In this document: one piece after another, positions 27,486 through 39,278 of the stretch
Layout of the letters: each line of letters starts with the position of its first letter
Position numbering within the stretch: position 1 is the first letter of the stretch
Assembly: GCF_001194135.2 (NCBI RefSeq)
Contig: NC_068984.1
Span: 42,819,163-42,883,162 of the forward strand
From: Octopus bimaculoides
Lineage: Eukaryota
Length of the DNA: 64,000 nucleotides
Direction: 5' to 3'
Notes under the pieces: model-generated
Database searches by the model: none
Told to the model about the DNA's origin: nothing
The model's input: only the letters and a program-made list of their open reading frames with translations
Translations under genes and position numbers: made by a program

Positions 27486-27651
27486 ATTGTATGTATATAT
27501 ATATAAATATATATATATAGATAGATAGATATAGATATATATACATATATATATATATTAATAAATTATAGGGCAGCAAAACAATTTCTAGAAATTTTAT
27601 TTGCCACCAGTGGTCTAGCGAGAATAAAAATCAGTCAATAGACTATATATA

Positions 27652-27754
27652 TATTATTAATTTAAAATACAGAGATGCCTATAATAGGACTTTTGCTGCT
27701 CTTTCTAGCCGGTCAGATGTCCTATTATAGGCATCTCTGTATTTTAAATGAATA

Positions 27755-27757
<3 letters not shown>
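27652..27757. repeat. Inverted repeat (39-bp arms, 1 mismatch, 28-nt spacer)
   Basis: atttaaaatacagagatgcctataataggac (27660-27690) is the exact reverse complement of 27719-27749. Confidence 0.9.
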
Positions 27758-27806
<49 letters not shown>

Positions 27807-28448
27807 TTACGTATGTATGTATGTTATATGTATGTATTTATGTATGTATGCACGTACTTGTGTTTGTATGTATATACAAATATGCATATATACGAATGTA
27901 CCTACTGCCGTATATACACATACGTATGCACGCACACACAAACACACACACACACAAATACATACATATATTCTTTTATATTTCCCATGTTTTGCCCGGT
28001 AGGAATCGTTCCAGCTTTTGTCCTATAAGAAGCACTTCTGTTTTGTTTTAGTCTATTGCACGTCTATTTCTCAAATAGACATTTCATTATAACGAAATAT
28101 TTCTGATTTATTCTCTTAATGGCTCGTCTTCGTTTTCGTTAAATATATATGTGTGTGTGTGTGTGTGTGTGNNNNNNNNNNTATTTTATGTTTCTTTCAT
28201 TTTGTTTTACTTTCTTTTCGTATTGTTTCAGGTATTTTTACTTCATTTTGTTGGCTGTTGTTCTCCTTTGATTTTGTTATTTCTATGCCGTTTTCTTTTT
28301 TGTTTTGAGTATTTTGGGTGTTTTTCTTATGCTAAGTTTTGCATGATCATACTGGCTTCTCTGTGTTTTTTTCTTGCTGGGAGGAACCTTTTATGTACAT
28401 ACATACACGTATATACATACATACATACATACATACATACGTACATAC

Positions 28449-28518
<70 letters not shown>

Positions 28519-28567
28519 CGAGACAGAGAGAGAGAGAGAGAGAGAGAGGGGAAGAAAGAGACATACG

Positions 28568-28606
<39 letters not shown>

Positions 28607-29639
28607 CGTTTATATGTATGTACGCATGTGTATATATATAATATACTTAATTTTTTTTCTTTGTTTTCTACGCTACTTCCTTCCTGTGCAAGTTGCACTG
28701 TATTTATCAATGTCACTCACTCATAGAGAACATGTGTGCGTGTATGTATGTATGTATGTATGTATGCATGTATGTATGTATATATGTAGTTGTTTCAGTA
28801 AGACTCAAAATTCATAATTATGTGCGCGAGAAGGAAATGAACAGAATTCCCAAGAAATGCCTTATTTTGAAAATCAATTTGTGAAGAAACGGATTTCTTT
28901 CATTATTAGAATACCCTCACACTTTGTCATCGTTGGCTACTCGTCTGATCAAAAGTGTTTAGAAGACATCAGTTGACTTTAAGTTACATGAGAAAAATTA
29001 ACATGGTATGTCTTATTTGTGGGATATTTTTATCGTCTGTAGAAGACAAAGTTATCTTTTCAGGGTCGCATTCCACTGGTCAGGCGCTTCTTTTACTGTG
29101 AACAGCCACTGAATAGAGGACTGGGCATGCCGTGGCTGCTGATGCGCAGGGAGACTGTTACCTAGAGTGTCCTCAAGCGCTATCAGTCGGGCAATGCTGT
29201 CAGTGGAAGTTCCATTCAAGCGTTCTATAGAGGGTTAGTAGGGAGTAAGTGCGACGACTTTCTCGAGGAGATTCTGTCGGGCCAGAGCCTATGGATAATT
29301 TCCAGAAATCTTTAGCCTGGCAGTGCAACCGAAGATGGGGGAAATTGTTGGCTCTCTTCACTAGCATGAAGTTTTGTGTTTGTGAGGTTAGTTGTAGCTA
29401 TTGCAGGTGTTTTCTTGCAGTGGGTAGATGCGGTTGTGATAACGGTGGATGTGATGGCGATTGTAGTGCTGCTGTGGTTGGTGTTGCTGTAGGTGCGTCT
29501 GTGATTGTTGTGGGTGTGCTTTCTACCTCAATGTGGATGGCGATGTTATCCCGTAAATTTTTGAGGTTGATTAGTTAGGCCGCTTGAGTCAGACATATGT
29601 CATTTTGTAGGATATTCATAAGATACAATTTAGCGCCTT

Positions 29640-29787
29640 TACAAACCTTTAGAATCCACTCACAAGGCTTTGGTTGGCCTGAACCTATAGTTGAAAACAC
29701 TCACTCGCCCAAGGTGCCATGCAGTGGGACTGAACCTGGAACCATGTGACTGGGAAGTAAGCTTCTTACCACACAGCCACGCCTGCG
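29640..29787 (-). mobile_element. SINE family B head fragment
   Basis: cccaaggtgccatgcagtgggactgaacctggaaccatg...cttaccacacagccacgcctg. Confidence 0.8.
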
Positions 29788-29817
29788 CTTATTCTTACTA
29801 CACGCGCGCATGCATGC

Positions 29818-29960
29818 GAAGTGTAGCTGTGTGATTAAGACGTTCGCTTCGCAACCGCATGTTCTCAGGTTCAGTACCAGTGGGCAAGCATCTGCTATGT
29901 CTTCTAAGCATCCAATAGCTTGTGAGTGGAATTGGTTAACGGAAACTGTGCGATGTTATG
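29818..29960 (+). mobile_element. SINE family B head fragment (diverged)
   Basis: gtgtagctgtgtgattaag...ggttcagtacc...cttgtgagtggaattggttaacggaaactg. Confidence 0.7.
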
Positions 29961-30312
29961 TGAGTGTGTGTGTATCGACAAGTACCAGACAAAGCGCTTC
30001 AAGACATTACATAGACTGAAAAGGGGAAAGGACACGGAGAAAGAGAGAGTGAGAGACAGAGAGAGATCGGTATGTTTAAGTAGATAGCCACACAATACTA
30101 GTATAACTTCAACTCGCTTCATTTAATTTAATTTGGAAGAATCAACCAGTCATCCTCATAATGGTCATCTGATGTGCTAAAAATAACAGCCAAATAACAT
30201 CGATTCCACATTCCGTTGTATAACACGATCTTTATTGGAAACAAAATAAAATATGGAATTCACGATTGAAATAATTGTTGATATAATAATGTCTGCCAAA
30301 TCATAACTTGAA

Positions 30313-30513
30313 GAACAAGGCCCGAAACTTTGCGGGAGGGGAGCCACTCCATTAGATCAACCCCAGTACGCAACTGGCACTTAATTTATCGACCCCGGAA
30401 AGATGAAAGGCAAAGTCGACCTCGACGGAATTTGGACTTAGAACATAAAGACAGACGAAATACCGCTAAGCATTTCGCCCGGCGTGCTAACGTTTCTGCC
30501 AACTCACCGCCTT
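30313..30513 (-). mobile_element. SINE family A
   Basis: Near-consensus copy on the minus strand. Confidence 0.9.
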
Positions 30514-30538
30514 TGAGGTTGGAAATATTATTGCCATT

Positions 30539-30752
30539 TAAGGCGGCGAGCAGGCAGAAACTTTAGCACGCCGGGCGAAATGTTTAGCGAGTTTTCGTCT
30601 GTCTACGTTCTGAGTTCAAATTCCGCCGAGGTAGACTTTGCTTTTCATCCTTTTGGGGTCGATAAATTAAGAACCAGTGGCGTACTGGGACCGATCTAAT
30701 CGACTGGCCCCCTGCCCCAAAATTTCGGGCCTTGTGCCTAGAGTACAAAATA
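30539..30752 (+). mobile_element. SINE family A
   Basis: Near-consensus copy on the plus strand, head-to-head with the previous copy. Confidence 0.9.
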
Positions 30753-30876
30753 ATATTATTGCCATTTGTGTTGCCGAGGCTACTGCTGTTTTGTTTTTGC
30801 CTTTTATCATAATTTTTGTTGTTGCAGTGGTGGTGCCTGAGTTGTTTGCCCCCCCCCCTCCCATGAAAGTGACAAT

Positions 30877-31113
30877 CTACTGATTGTCACTTTCGGGGTG
30901 GGGAGGGTCAAATTCATAACCAGAATTAATATCCTGTGCCGTGTTGTTAATTTTGTTGTGGCTGCTGCTGCTTGTCGTCACAATTGTAATGTGGTCCTCT
31001 GGACTTCGAACTTGGTGAGTGCTCATCTCCCCTTTCATTTGAGTGTTGAAGGTGAAGGACTCTGACGTGTATTGTAACTCACTATCAGAGCTGCCTCTAA
31101 CTGTCTCCTCCAT
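30877..31113 (-). CDS. Candidate coding exon/ORF, S/T/N-rich, product unknown
   Basis: Non-repeat ORF MEETVRGSSDSELQY...PESDNQ*, in frame with ORF 30667..30864 across a single TAG. Possible acceptor ccctattcag just upstream of the ATG and a GTAAGT donor at 31313-31308. Confidence 0.3.
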   Translation of the reverse strand: MEETVRGSSDSELQYTSESFTFNTQMKGEMSTHQVRSPEDHITIVTTSSSSHNKINNTAQDINSGYEFDPPHPESDNQ

Positions 31114-31404
31114 AAATCTGAATAGGGTGTTCTTTACCTTTTTTTTAATTAGCTTTTCCGAAAAAAATGAAAAATTTCTTTACAAATTTGAGCACCCAGT
31201 GTTACAAAGAAACAAAACCAACCGGATCTTTGCAATTCTGATGGTTTCAGCAAAACTTTTATAAGAAAATTAAACAATTAACAACTTTTGGAGACACAAA
31301 CAGAGATACTTACGAGCGATACGACACGCGTCCAGCCAATACAAAAGTAAGAACTTGTAACTATCTCATCAATTTAATAATTAGATGTTATGATTATATA
31401 AAAT

Positions 31405-31600
31405 GTATACTATAGGCATAAGGTCTGAAATTTGGTGGGAAGGGTACATCGACCCTAGTTCTGCTACTTATTTTATCGACCCGAAAGAATGAAAGGCAAA
31501 GTTGAGCTCGGAGGAATTTGAACGCAAGACGTAAAAACGGACGAAATGCCGCTAAGCATTTTGTCCGACACGCTAACGATTCTGTCGGCTCGTCACCTTT
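31405..31600 (-). mobile_element. SINE family A
   Basis: tacttattttatcgacccgaaagaatgaaaggcaaag...cgctaagcattttgtcc. Confidence 0.8.
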
Positions 31601-31744
31601 AACATCATTCATGATATTAACTAGTTTTTGACTACGCTCACTTTCATCACTGATAGGGAAAGTTTGTTGTTGGTTTATACTCAACTCTAACTGAATATAT
31701 TTCCTTGGCATCTGAGAATGAAAGAAAAGGCACATTCGGTATCA

Positions 31745-32020
31745 TTTAATTTAGAAAACAGTGCTGCCAAAGTGCCTTGAAGAATTTTAGTCGAACCAAT
31801 TGACCTCCAGTGCTTATTTTCTTTTTAAAACTGGTACTTATTCTCTCGATATCTTTTGCTGAATCGGGGAAGTAAACACACCGATACCAGTTGTCAAGCG
31901 ATGGTGAGGAACAAACATATACACAAAGACACTCACACATGCCCAATGTATCACGGAGTGAGACTGAACCTGGAACCATGTGATTGAGAAGCAGACTTCT
32001 TACCACATGGCCACGCCTGC
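31745..32020 (-). mobile_element. SINE family B (internally deleted)
   Basis: Head (gaacctggaaccatgtg...cttcttaccacatggccacgcctg) joined to the family B 3' part. Confidence 0.75.
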
Positions 32021-32404
32021 TAATTTTAACATGTTCCTGGTTATTAATAATTAATGCTACTCTACTTGTTTATCAGGAACGAAAGTAAAAATATAACGAA
32101 ATGTAGCTGAATATTTAGCAGGTTTTTCATCAACAGAACTATACTGAATGTAAATTAATGTAACTGAAACCATCTTGAGAATGAAAATGGCATAAATTAA
32201 GTTGGTTTCAAGAACGAAATAAAATAATGATTAATTGTTGAATGTGTGTGCGTGTGTGTATGTGTGTGTATGTGTGTGCATGCGCATGTGTATACGTATG
32301 TGTGCATGTCTGTGAGTGTGAGTGCGTGACATCAGGGAGGGAGTAGCAAATCGTTGACATTCAGAAAACTGTGCTAATTATAAATCATATAACTAAGCAG
32401 ATCA

Positions 32405-32530
32405 ACAACTCAAGGGGGGCCGCGATTTGGTAAAGTCGTTAGAACATGGAGTAAAATGACTCACGGCATATGTTTCTGTCCTCTTAGCTCAAATCCCGCC
32501 GACTTCAACCTTGTCATATTCATCCGGATC
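32405..32530 (+). mobile_element. Highly degenerate SINE family A
   Basis: agctcaaatcccgccgacttcaaccttg resembles the family A B-box region. Confidence 0.4.
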
Positions 32531-32628
32531 GCTAAAATATCGGATGTCTTTCCCTAATCTCTCTTTCTCTCTTTCTTTCCCTACCTCATTATCTCTCTCT
32601 CTCTTTCTATTTCTCTCTCTGTCCCACG

Positions 32629-32727
<99 letters not shown>

Positions 32728-34444
32728 TCTTTCAATTGGCATCGTGATCTAATAATCCTTTGAGCAACATTGTGGATTCGCTAAAAAAAGTAAAGAATTA
32801 TAAGCAAAAGAATATTTGAGGAGATAAAAGGAGTGAAACTGTGTGACATTTAAGACTTTCTCGACAGTAACACTACCGTAGCACCTGCTTCCATAGTTTT
32901 TCCTTGGTACGTGTGTTTCGTGTCGAGTGCCTTACAGTAGATAAGAGCATTGAGCGACATGTTTCTACAACCCGATTCCGATTCTTAGACGAAAGTATTC
33001 CGCTTCACTTCAGTCGTACCCAAGACATTGAAGGAACCAAGTATACAGAGAGCTGGGCAATCAAATAAAAACAAGAACTGTATATCGATTTGATGTAAAC
33101 TTTGGAATTTCAGCAGAATCGACAAAAACATTCTTCAAGTATAATGGTAATTTTTCTTCTTATCTCATACTAATCTAAATCTTACGTTTTATTTATTTAT
33201 TTTTTTCTGAACCGATTCATGGTGATTCATATCATCTTAAACCTACCAATTCGTCTCCTTTAACCTAGCTGTAAATACTTACACAGTGTACCGACGTTTA
33301 CAGATGTTATGAAGACACATAAATGGTACCAAAGAATGTATAGTCTACACAAACATATGTAACTAACATGTTGTTAAACGCTTGCTTAACCCTCTTATGG
33401 GCCTAAATTCTAACAGATCCGTTCATATTATAGCCATATATTAATTAAAGTAGATTGATCATCAGTATTATTGGCAAAGGCAAAAATGACACAAGATCCG
33501 ATAACTTTGCCTCTGTAAACCTTCAGTAATGAGTCGAAATAAGAAATACAAAAAAAATAGATGCGTAGAAGTTACGGTTGTTGTGCAATAACAGTTGTTG
33601 ATATCTAGTAAGTTATTTTTATATGCATTATTTAAAATAAGGTTAGCTTTATTGAACTAACAGTGGGGTTTAGAGGTGAGTGTGGGTGCAAAGCTGGACT
33701 GATGAAATATTTTTGTGTCGAGTCAGTTACCAAATGGATTCTATTACAGTGTGCACTGGGTGAAAGAACCAGTTAAGGCACGCTGAATCTTGTAGACATC
33801 TCTTTATCTTTGCTATTCGTCTTATCTAATTATTGTTGTAAGTTCATTAACGTTCACACGTGATACTAGTGGCATTAGGTAAGGTTTTTGTTATAAATAG
33901 CTCGAGTTACTCAGAAATTTATGCTACATACATTTCCGGCACTATAGAACTTATAAAAGTATCTGTCTGCTTAACATAGACTTTAGCTGAGGTAATTTTC
34001 AGGCATATTTTCACATATACGGTATCGTGCACCTATATACTTGAAATATTCTAAGGATATCGGGTACAGAATCAGACCTGATTAAATTGATATTGGAGAA
34101 TGAGACCAGAAAGTATTTTAGATACCAAAACTAATTCTGATTTACGGTGCATTGGAGTCAAACAGTATTTTAAGGGTGCCCATGCACCGAAGGTTGATAT
34201 TTGCTATATTTTTGTGAGATTTTCTATAGAATTAGCATCATTATAATCATCTTATCAACAGTGGAATTAATATTTACTTTACCGTTTTCCAGTATATCAA
34301 GAAAATTTGAGCTCTTTCATTTGAAATGTTGACCGAAGAATCTCAATAACAGATCTAAACCGACTTAAAATATTCCTATTAAATAATGTAGGCAGTTGAA
34401 CAATAGTTGTCAATGTTGGCATAAATCAACAATAATATTCTCTT

Positions 34445-34570
34445 CTTCTCTAGACACAAGACCCGAAACTTTTGGGGAGGGGGCTAGTCGATTAGATCGA
34501 CCTCAATACGCAACTGGTACTTAATTTATCGACTCAGAAAGGATGAAAGGCAAAGTCTACCTCGGTGGAA
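34445..34570 (-). mobile_element. SINE family A 3' half
   Basis: caactggtacttaatttatcgactcagaaaggatgaaaggcaaagtc. Confidence 0.8.
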
Positions 34571-35027
34571 AATCATCAATAACATTAACTGTATGTTATA
34601 GAAAGAATCAATCACAATTTTATTACCTACAGCTAACAATAATGTTGACTGTATTTAATAGAAAGAATTAATCATAAATTTATTAACTCGATAGATAATT
34701 GTATGGATCAAAGAGCAATGAGATGACAAGAATTTTTAAAGTATAATATAACTTGCTTACTTTTACTGTGTACTCTAATTCTAAATTTTAAGGCAAGGCA
34801 ATATGGTACGCGTGATGCTCGTGCTTTTCACAAAGTGCGCTAAAGACATAAGGTAAGTAAATTGGTTTGAAAAGAAGGATGAAATTGTTTCAAGGATTCA
34901 GTTTTTCAGGAGGTAACTTTTGACCTCCTGAAAATACACCTACTCTATAGCCTGAGGTTTCTTAGTTGTATTATAGTATTAAATGTTCTTTTCTTTCTTA
35001 TCAATATCAATATAAGTGATGTAAAAA

Positions 35028-35245
35028 AGGCGGCGAGCTGGCAGAAGCGCTACTGTGCCGAACAAAATGTTTAGCAACATTTCGTCCGTCTTTATGATTT
35101 GAGTTCAAATTCTGCCAAGGTTGACTTTGACTTTCATCCTTTTGGAGTCAATAAAAATAAGTATCAATTGAGCACTAGGGTCAATGTAATCGACTTATCT
35201 TTTCCCCCGAACTTGCTGACTTTGTGTCAAAATTTGAAACGAATA
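35028..35245 (+). mobile_element. SINE family A
   Basis: aaggcggcgagctggcagaa head through aaaatttgaaac tail. Confidence 0.85.
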
Positions 35246-36459
35246 TTAGTGATGTAAAGGGACAAAGAAATTCGAACAAGTTTCACGCAAAAATCTCCAG
35301 AAGCTTACATTAGCATTACAGGACTCAGTTTATGATGAATAAATACCAACTTCTCACTGAATTGCTATAGCAGGATTTATAGTTGAGTAAGTCAAACTTA
35401 TATATTACACATAATTACCGTATTGACGTAGGAGAGATGAAAAGCAAAGTTGCTCTGGCTAAATTTCAACTCAGAATGTATTCCACAAACCGAAATTGTT
35501 TATATTATTTAGTTTGCCAGTCTATTCTCAGTCATGTCCCTACCACCCTTTGGTAAATAAATATTGTTTTCTTATATTAGTACAAAACAAAAAGATACAG
35601 AATTGAGATGTATTCAATTAAATCTACTCTCTAGTGTACGATCAAACTGTTCAGACTCTATAGAATCGCTAAAGCTAGTAGAATTTTCAACCAAATTTCT
35701 TTCAAATCACACCTTACCTTCAAATCACACATTACCAAGGACACATTTCAGGCATTATCTCTAAATACACAGGAAAGTCACAGCTGGTATTACTTTAATC
35801 AAATCTGATGGACATAGGAATAAACACCTAGAACCACAACTAGTCCAGCTTAGCCATTCGGAAGGAATATAATGTAAAAGTGATTTGACGGTGATTTGAA
35901 CACCACAAATGCGGAGGCTGTGGGGCGTAAATGTGTCTGCCAATCACCATGCATATAACAAATGTAACATGGAAGCAAGGCCAAAAACGAATATTGCAAG
36001 AGGCCTGAAAGGGGTCAGTATGAGATTTTCCATCTGCAGGAACAATAATACTGCCGCATTTGCATAGGGATGGATTATGTAAAGCTGATAATAAGGTGTA
36101 GGACAAATGATAATAGGACAAATGATAATAGGACAAAAAACAAAATGCTTCTTCAGTTGCGTACGTTATTATTTTCTCATTGGATCTTCAAGAAAATATT
36201 TTTTTAACTAGCTTGCTATACATATGTGTGCATGTAGGTATATATGTATACATATATATATATATAATTGTGTGCGTGCGCGCGTGTGCGTGTGTGTGTA
36301 CGGACGTATGTATGTATGTGTGTGTATGTATGCGCGCTGGGTGTGTAGATGCATAGATAGATATGGATACAAAACAAGCAAGCATACAACTGTAGACAGT
36401 TAATTAGATGTATATAGGCAGAGATGTGTATATGTATATGCATGAATACTATCATATAC

Positions 36460-36509
<50 letters not shown>

Positions 36510-36839
36510 GTATGTTATATGGGTGTTTGTTTCATATTTTGCATGTTTATATTTATCTTTCCAACTGTTTGTGGATGTATGTGTATACACAGACACACAC
36601 ACACACACACACGCACACACACAAGCAAACACACATACACACACATAAATATGCATGCATACGCTTTCATACACATTATTGCTTTTCTGTTAGAACTAAG
36701 TAATCAGATATGTATCATTTTTTGTTTTCCTTTTCAGTATGTGATGCTTAAAAAATCTGGTATTTGTCGAGCAAGCTTCCTAGACAAACCACTTAAAGGA
36801 TTTTTAGGCCAATAGCCAAAGACTATGTTGATGCTGTTA

Positions 36840-36840
36840 A

Positions 36841-36919
<79 letters not shown>

Positions 36920-36965
36920 GTTATTATTATTGTTGTTATTATTATTGTTATCATTATTATTCTTG
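36840..36965. repeat. (ATT)n microsatellite
   Basis: Directly visible. Confidence 0.95.
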
Positions 36966-37519
36966 TTGATGCTGTTCTCGCTGTTATTGTTGTATAATTA
37001 TTGATGTTGTTAGCGTTATATTATTATTTGTTGATTTGATTAAAAATAATGGTAAGCACAAGGTCACAATATTCTGAAAGAGATATAGCATATTTAATCA
37101 ACTCTAGCACTCGACTGATACTTAATTTACTGGCTCCGCCAGGATCAGAGTGCAGAAATGAAAAGATGTAGCACAAACAAAAGATAAGTACCAATTCAGT
37201 AAAATCAACTGTACGTTCCCTCAATATTACTTTTTACCTTCCCGAGGTCAGTAAAATAAAGTATCATTCAAATATTAGAAATTATGTAAGAGTCTGTTCT
37301 TTCCAGCCAATTTCTAACCGTGTCCATTTATATGAAATTGCGATTCACAGAGTCATTAAGAATCGTATAAAATATCTCCTGTGTTAAAATCCCACCGAGG
37401 CGACTAAATGAAGTACCAATCAAGTATTGGAATTGGTTTCAGTGATTAACACCTTCTTCGACAAAATTTATAACCTTGTGCTTATAATAGAGACTAATAT
37501 TATTATTAATGTTGTTGTT

Positions 37520-37740
37520 GAGGCATCGAGCTGACCGAATCGTTTGCACGCCTGACAAAATGCTTAGCACAATTTCTCCCAGCCTTACGTTCAAATTCTG
37601 CCGAAGTCGACTTCTCCTTCTCGCTCTTTGGGAGTCGATAACACAAGTAACAATTGAGTATTGGGGTCGATGTAATTCACTGGCCCCATCCCTCCAAAAT
37701 TTCAGGTCTTGTACCTATAATAGAAAGGTTTATTATTAGT
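37520..37740 (+). mobile_element. SINE family A (diverged)
   Basis: gttcaaattctgccgaagtcgac...ggggtcgatgtaattcactggcccc...aaaatttcaggtcttgtacct. Confidence 0.8.
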
Positions 37741-37906
37741 ATTGTTATTGTTGTTGTTCTTTGCTTGTGTGCTGAGGTTTGTACTGGAACACAAGAAAGA
37801 GATGGATTACCACGTTTTACTTCATACATACATACATACATACATACATACGTACATATGTACATACATACATTCATACATACATACATACATATATATG
37901 TTGTTT

Positions 37907-38285
37907 TTGGCACTCCGTCGCTTACGACGTCGAGGATTCCAGTTGATCCAATCAATGGAACAGCCTGCTCGTGAAATTAACGTGCAAATGGCTGAGCACT
38001 CCACATACACGTGTACCCTTAACGTAGTTCTCGGGGATATTCAGCGTGACACAGTGTGACAAGGCTGGCCCTTTGAAATACAGGTACAACAGAAACAGAA
38101 TGAAAGAGTGAGAGAAAGTTGTGGTGAAAGAGTACAGCAGGGTTCGCCACCATCCCCTGCCGGAGCCTCGTGGAGCTTTAGGTGTTTTCGCTCAATAAAC
38201 ACTCACAATGGCCGATCTGGGAATCGAAACCGCGATCCTATGACCACAAGTCCACTGCCCTAACCACTGGGCCATTGCGCCTCCA
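37907..38285 (-). mobile_element. tRNA-derived SINE family C
   Basis: Close match to 9594-9941; flanked by (CATA)n on both sides. Confidence 0.85.
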
Positions 38286-38313
38286 CACATACATACATAC
38301 ATACATACATACA

Positions 38314-38344
<31 letters not shown>

Positions 38345-38485
38345 GTGTGTGTGTGTGTGTGTGTGTGTGTTTCGCTTTAGGCTTTGGAACCTTTAAATTT
38401 TTTCCACTCCAGTGTAAACGGTGTGAACACTAAAAAGTTCCACAAGATTTTCGAAAAACTGCTTGTTTAAAATTGTGTAAAAAAC

Positions 38486-38508
38486 ATGGACTTTGAAGAA
38501 CTGACAAG
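38486..38508 (+). CDS. Candidate first coding exon (exon 38413-38508), MDFEELT(R)
   Basis: Pyrimidine-rich acceptor tttttccactccag, in-frame TAA upstream, aaacATGG start context, donor AAG|gtaaaa (phase 2). Confidence 0.4.
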
Positions 38509-38851
38509 GTAAAAAATTATATCTAAAACAAACAGATGCAATTACACTTTTACACACACGCATATAGATATTTATATATCGGAAAATACACAGACACAAA
38601 CAAAAATATTTCTAATGTAAACACAGACGTTGGCAATAGTCAAAAAATATCACAAGGCAGAAAATAACAAAAGTGGATCTGCCAAAGTTTTAAAGCAAAA
38701 AGAAGTCTTAATGATAGGGCAGTTCTTTAAAAAGAGAAATACATGTAAGATGTTTGTCATAGAAAGTTTTCCTTCTCTGCTTGCTGAATATATTGAAAGA
38801 CAATGAGAAAAAGGGGATACTTTTGATATTTGAGCTTTCTACTTCGAGCAG

Positions 38852-38949
38852 GGAAACTTTCAATGTGTACACAAACCAGCAGTTAAGGAAAGTTCTGACC
38901 GACATGCTGGGCGATACGGTCTCTGTCAGCCGAAGTAAGGTTTATGGCA
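38852..38949 (+). CDS. Candidate second coding exon, ETFNVYTNQQLRKVLTDMLGDTVSVSR(SKVYG)
   Basis: Acceptor ctttctacttcgagcag; phase 2 matches the previous exon and gives an open frame. Two phase-1 donors: GAA|gtaagg (38934) and GCA|gtgagt (38949). Confidence 0.45.
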
Positions 38950-39278
38950 GTGAGTGTTTGATTTTCGAAACCAGTCGAACTCATGCATCAAAGACCTCCC
39001 TATAGGATGCTGACGCAGTATACGAGACAACGTTGTACACGGGTCACTGCCAGGGACGTTTGGTTATACACAGATTCTTTTATTGTTATTACCTTTGCGA
39101 CACAATAATGGCATCCGTGTAGTATCAACATGAGATACACAAGTTCTAATGACCTCGACAAAGACAGCAGTTGCATTTGGGAATTATACCCCTTAACGTA
39201 TACAGATAGAAATGTAGCTTATCAATGGTTCAGAGTAGAAAGCTCGAAGTAGAAAGCTCAGATATCAACACCCTTCAG

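Noticed and set aside
32941-33068. Plus-strand 42-codon frame ending near AATAAA
   Set aside because: Lies upstream of the candidate start exon, has a weak acceptor, and its length is within chance.
35760-36100. Possible very old RLE-LINE remnant (MRRLWGV)
   Set aside because: Only one short motif; too degenerate to call.
35700-36135. Short tandem repeats (18-bp at 35701, 15-bp at 36108) and 10-bp repeat at 43101
   Set aside because: Ordinary slippage duplications.
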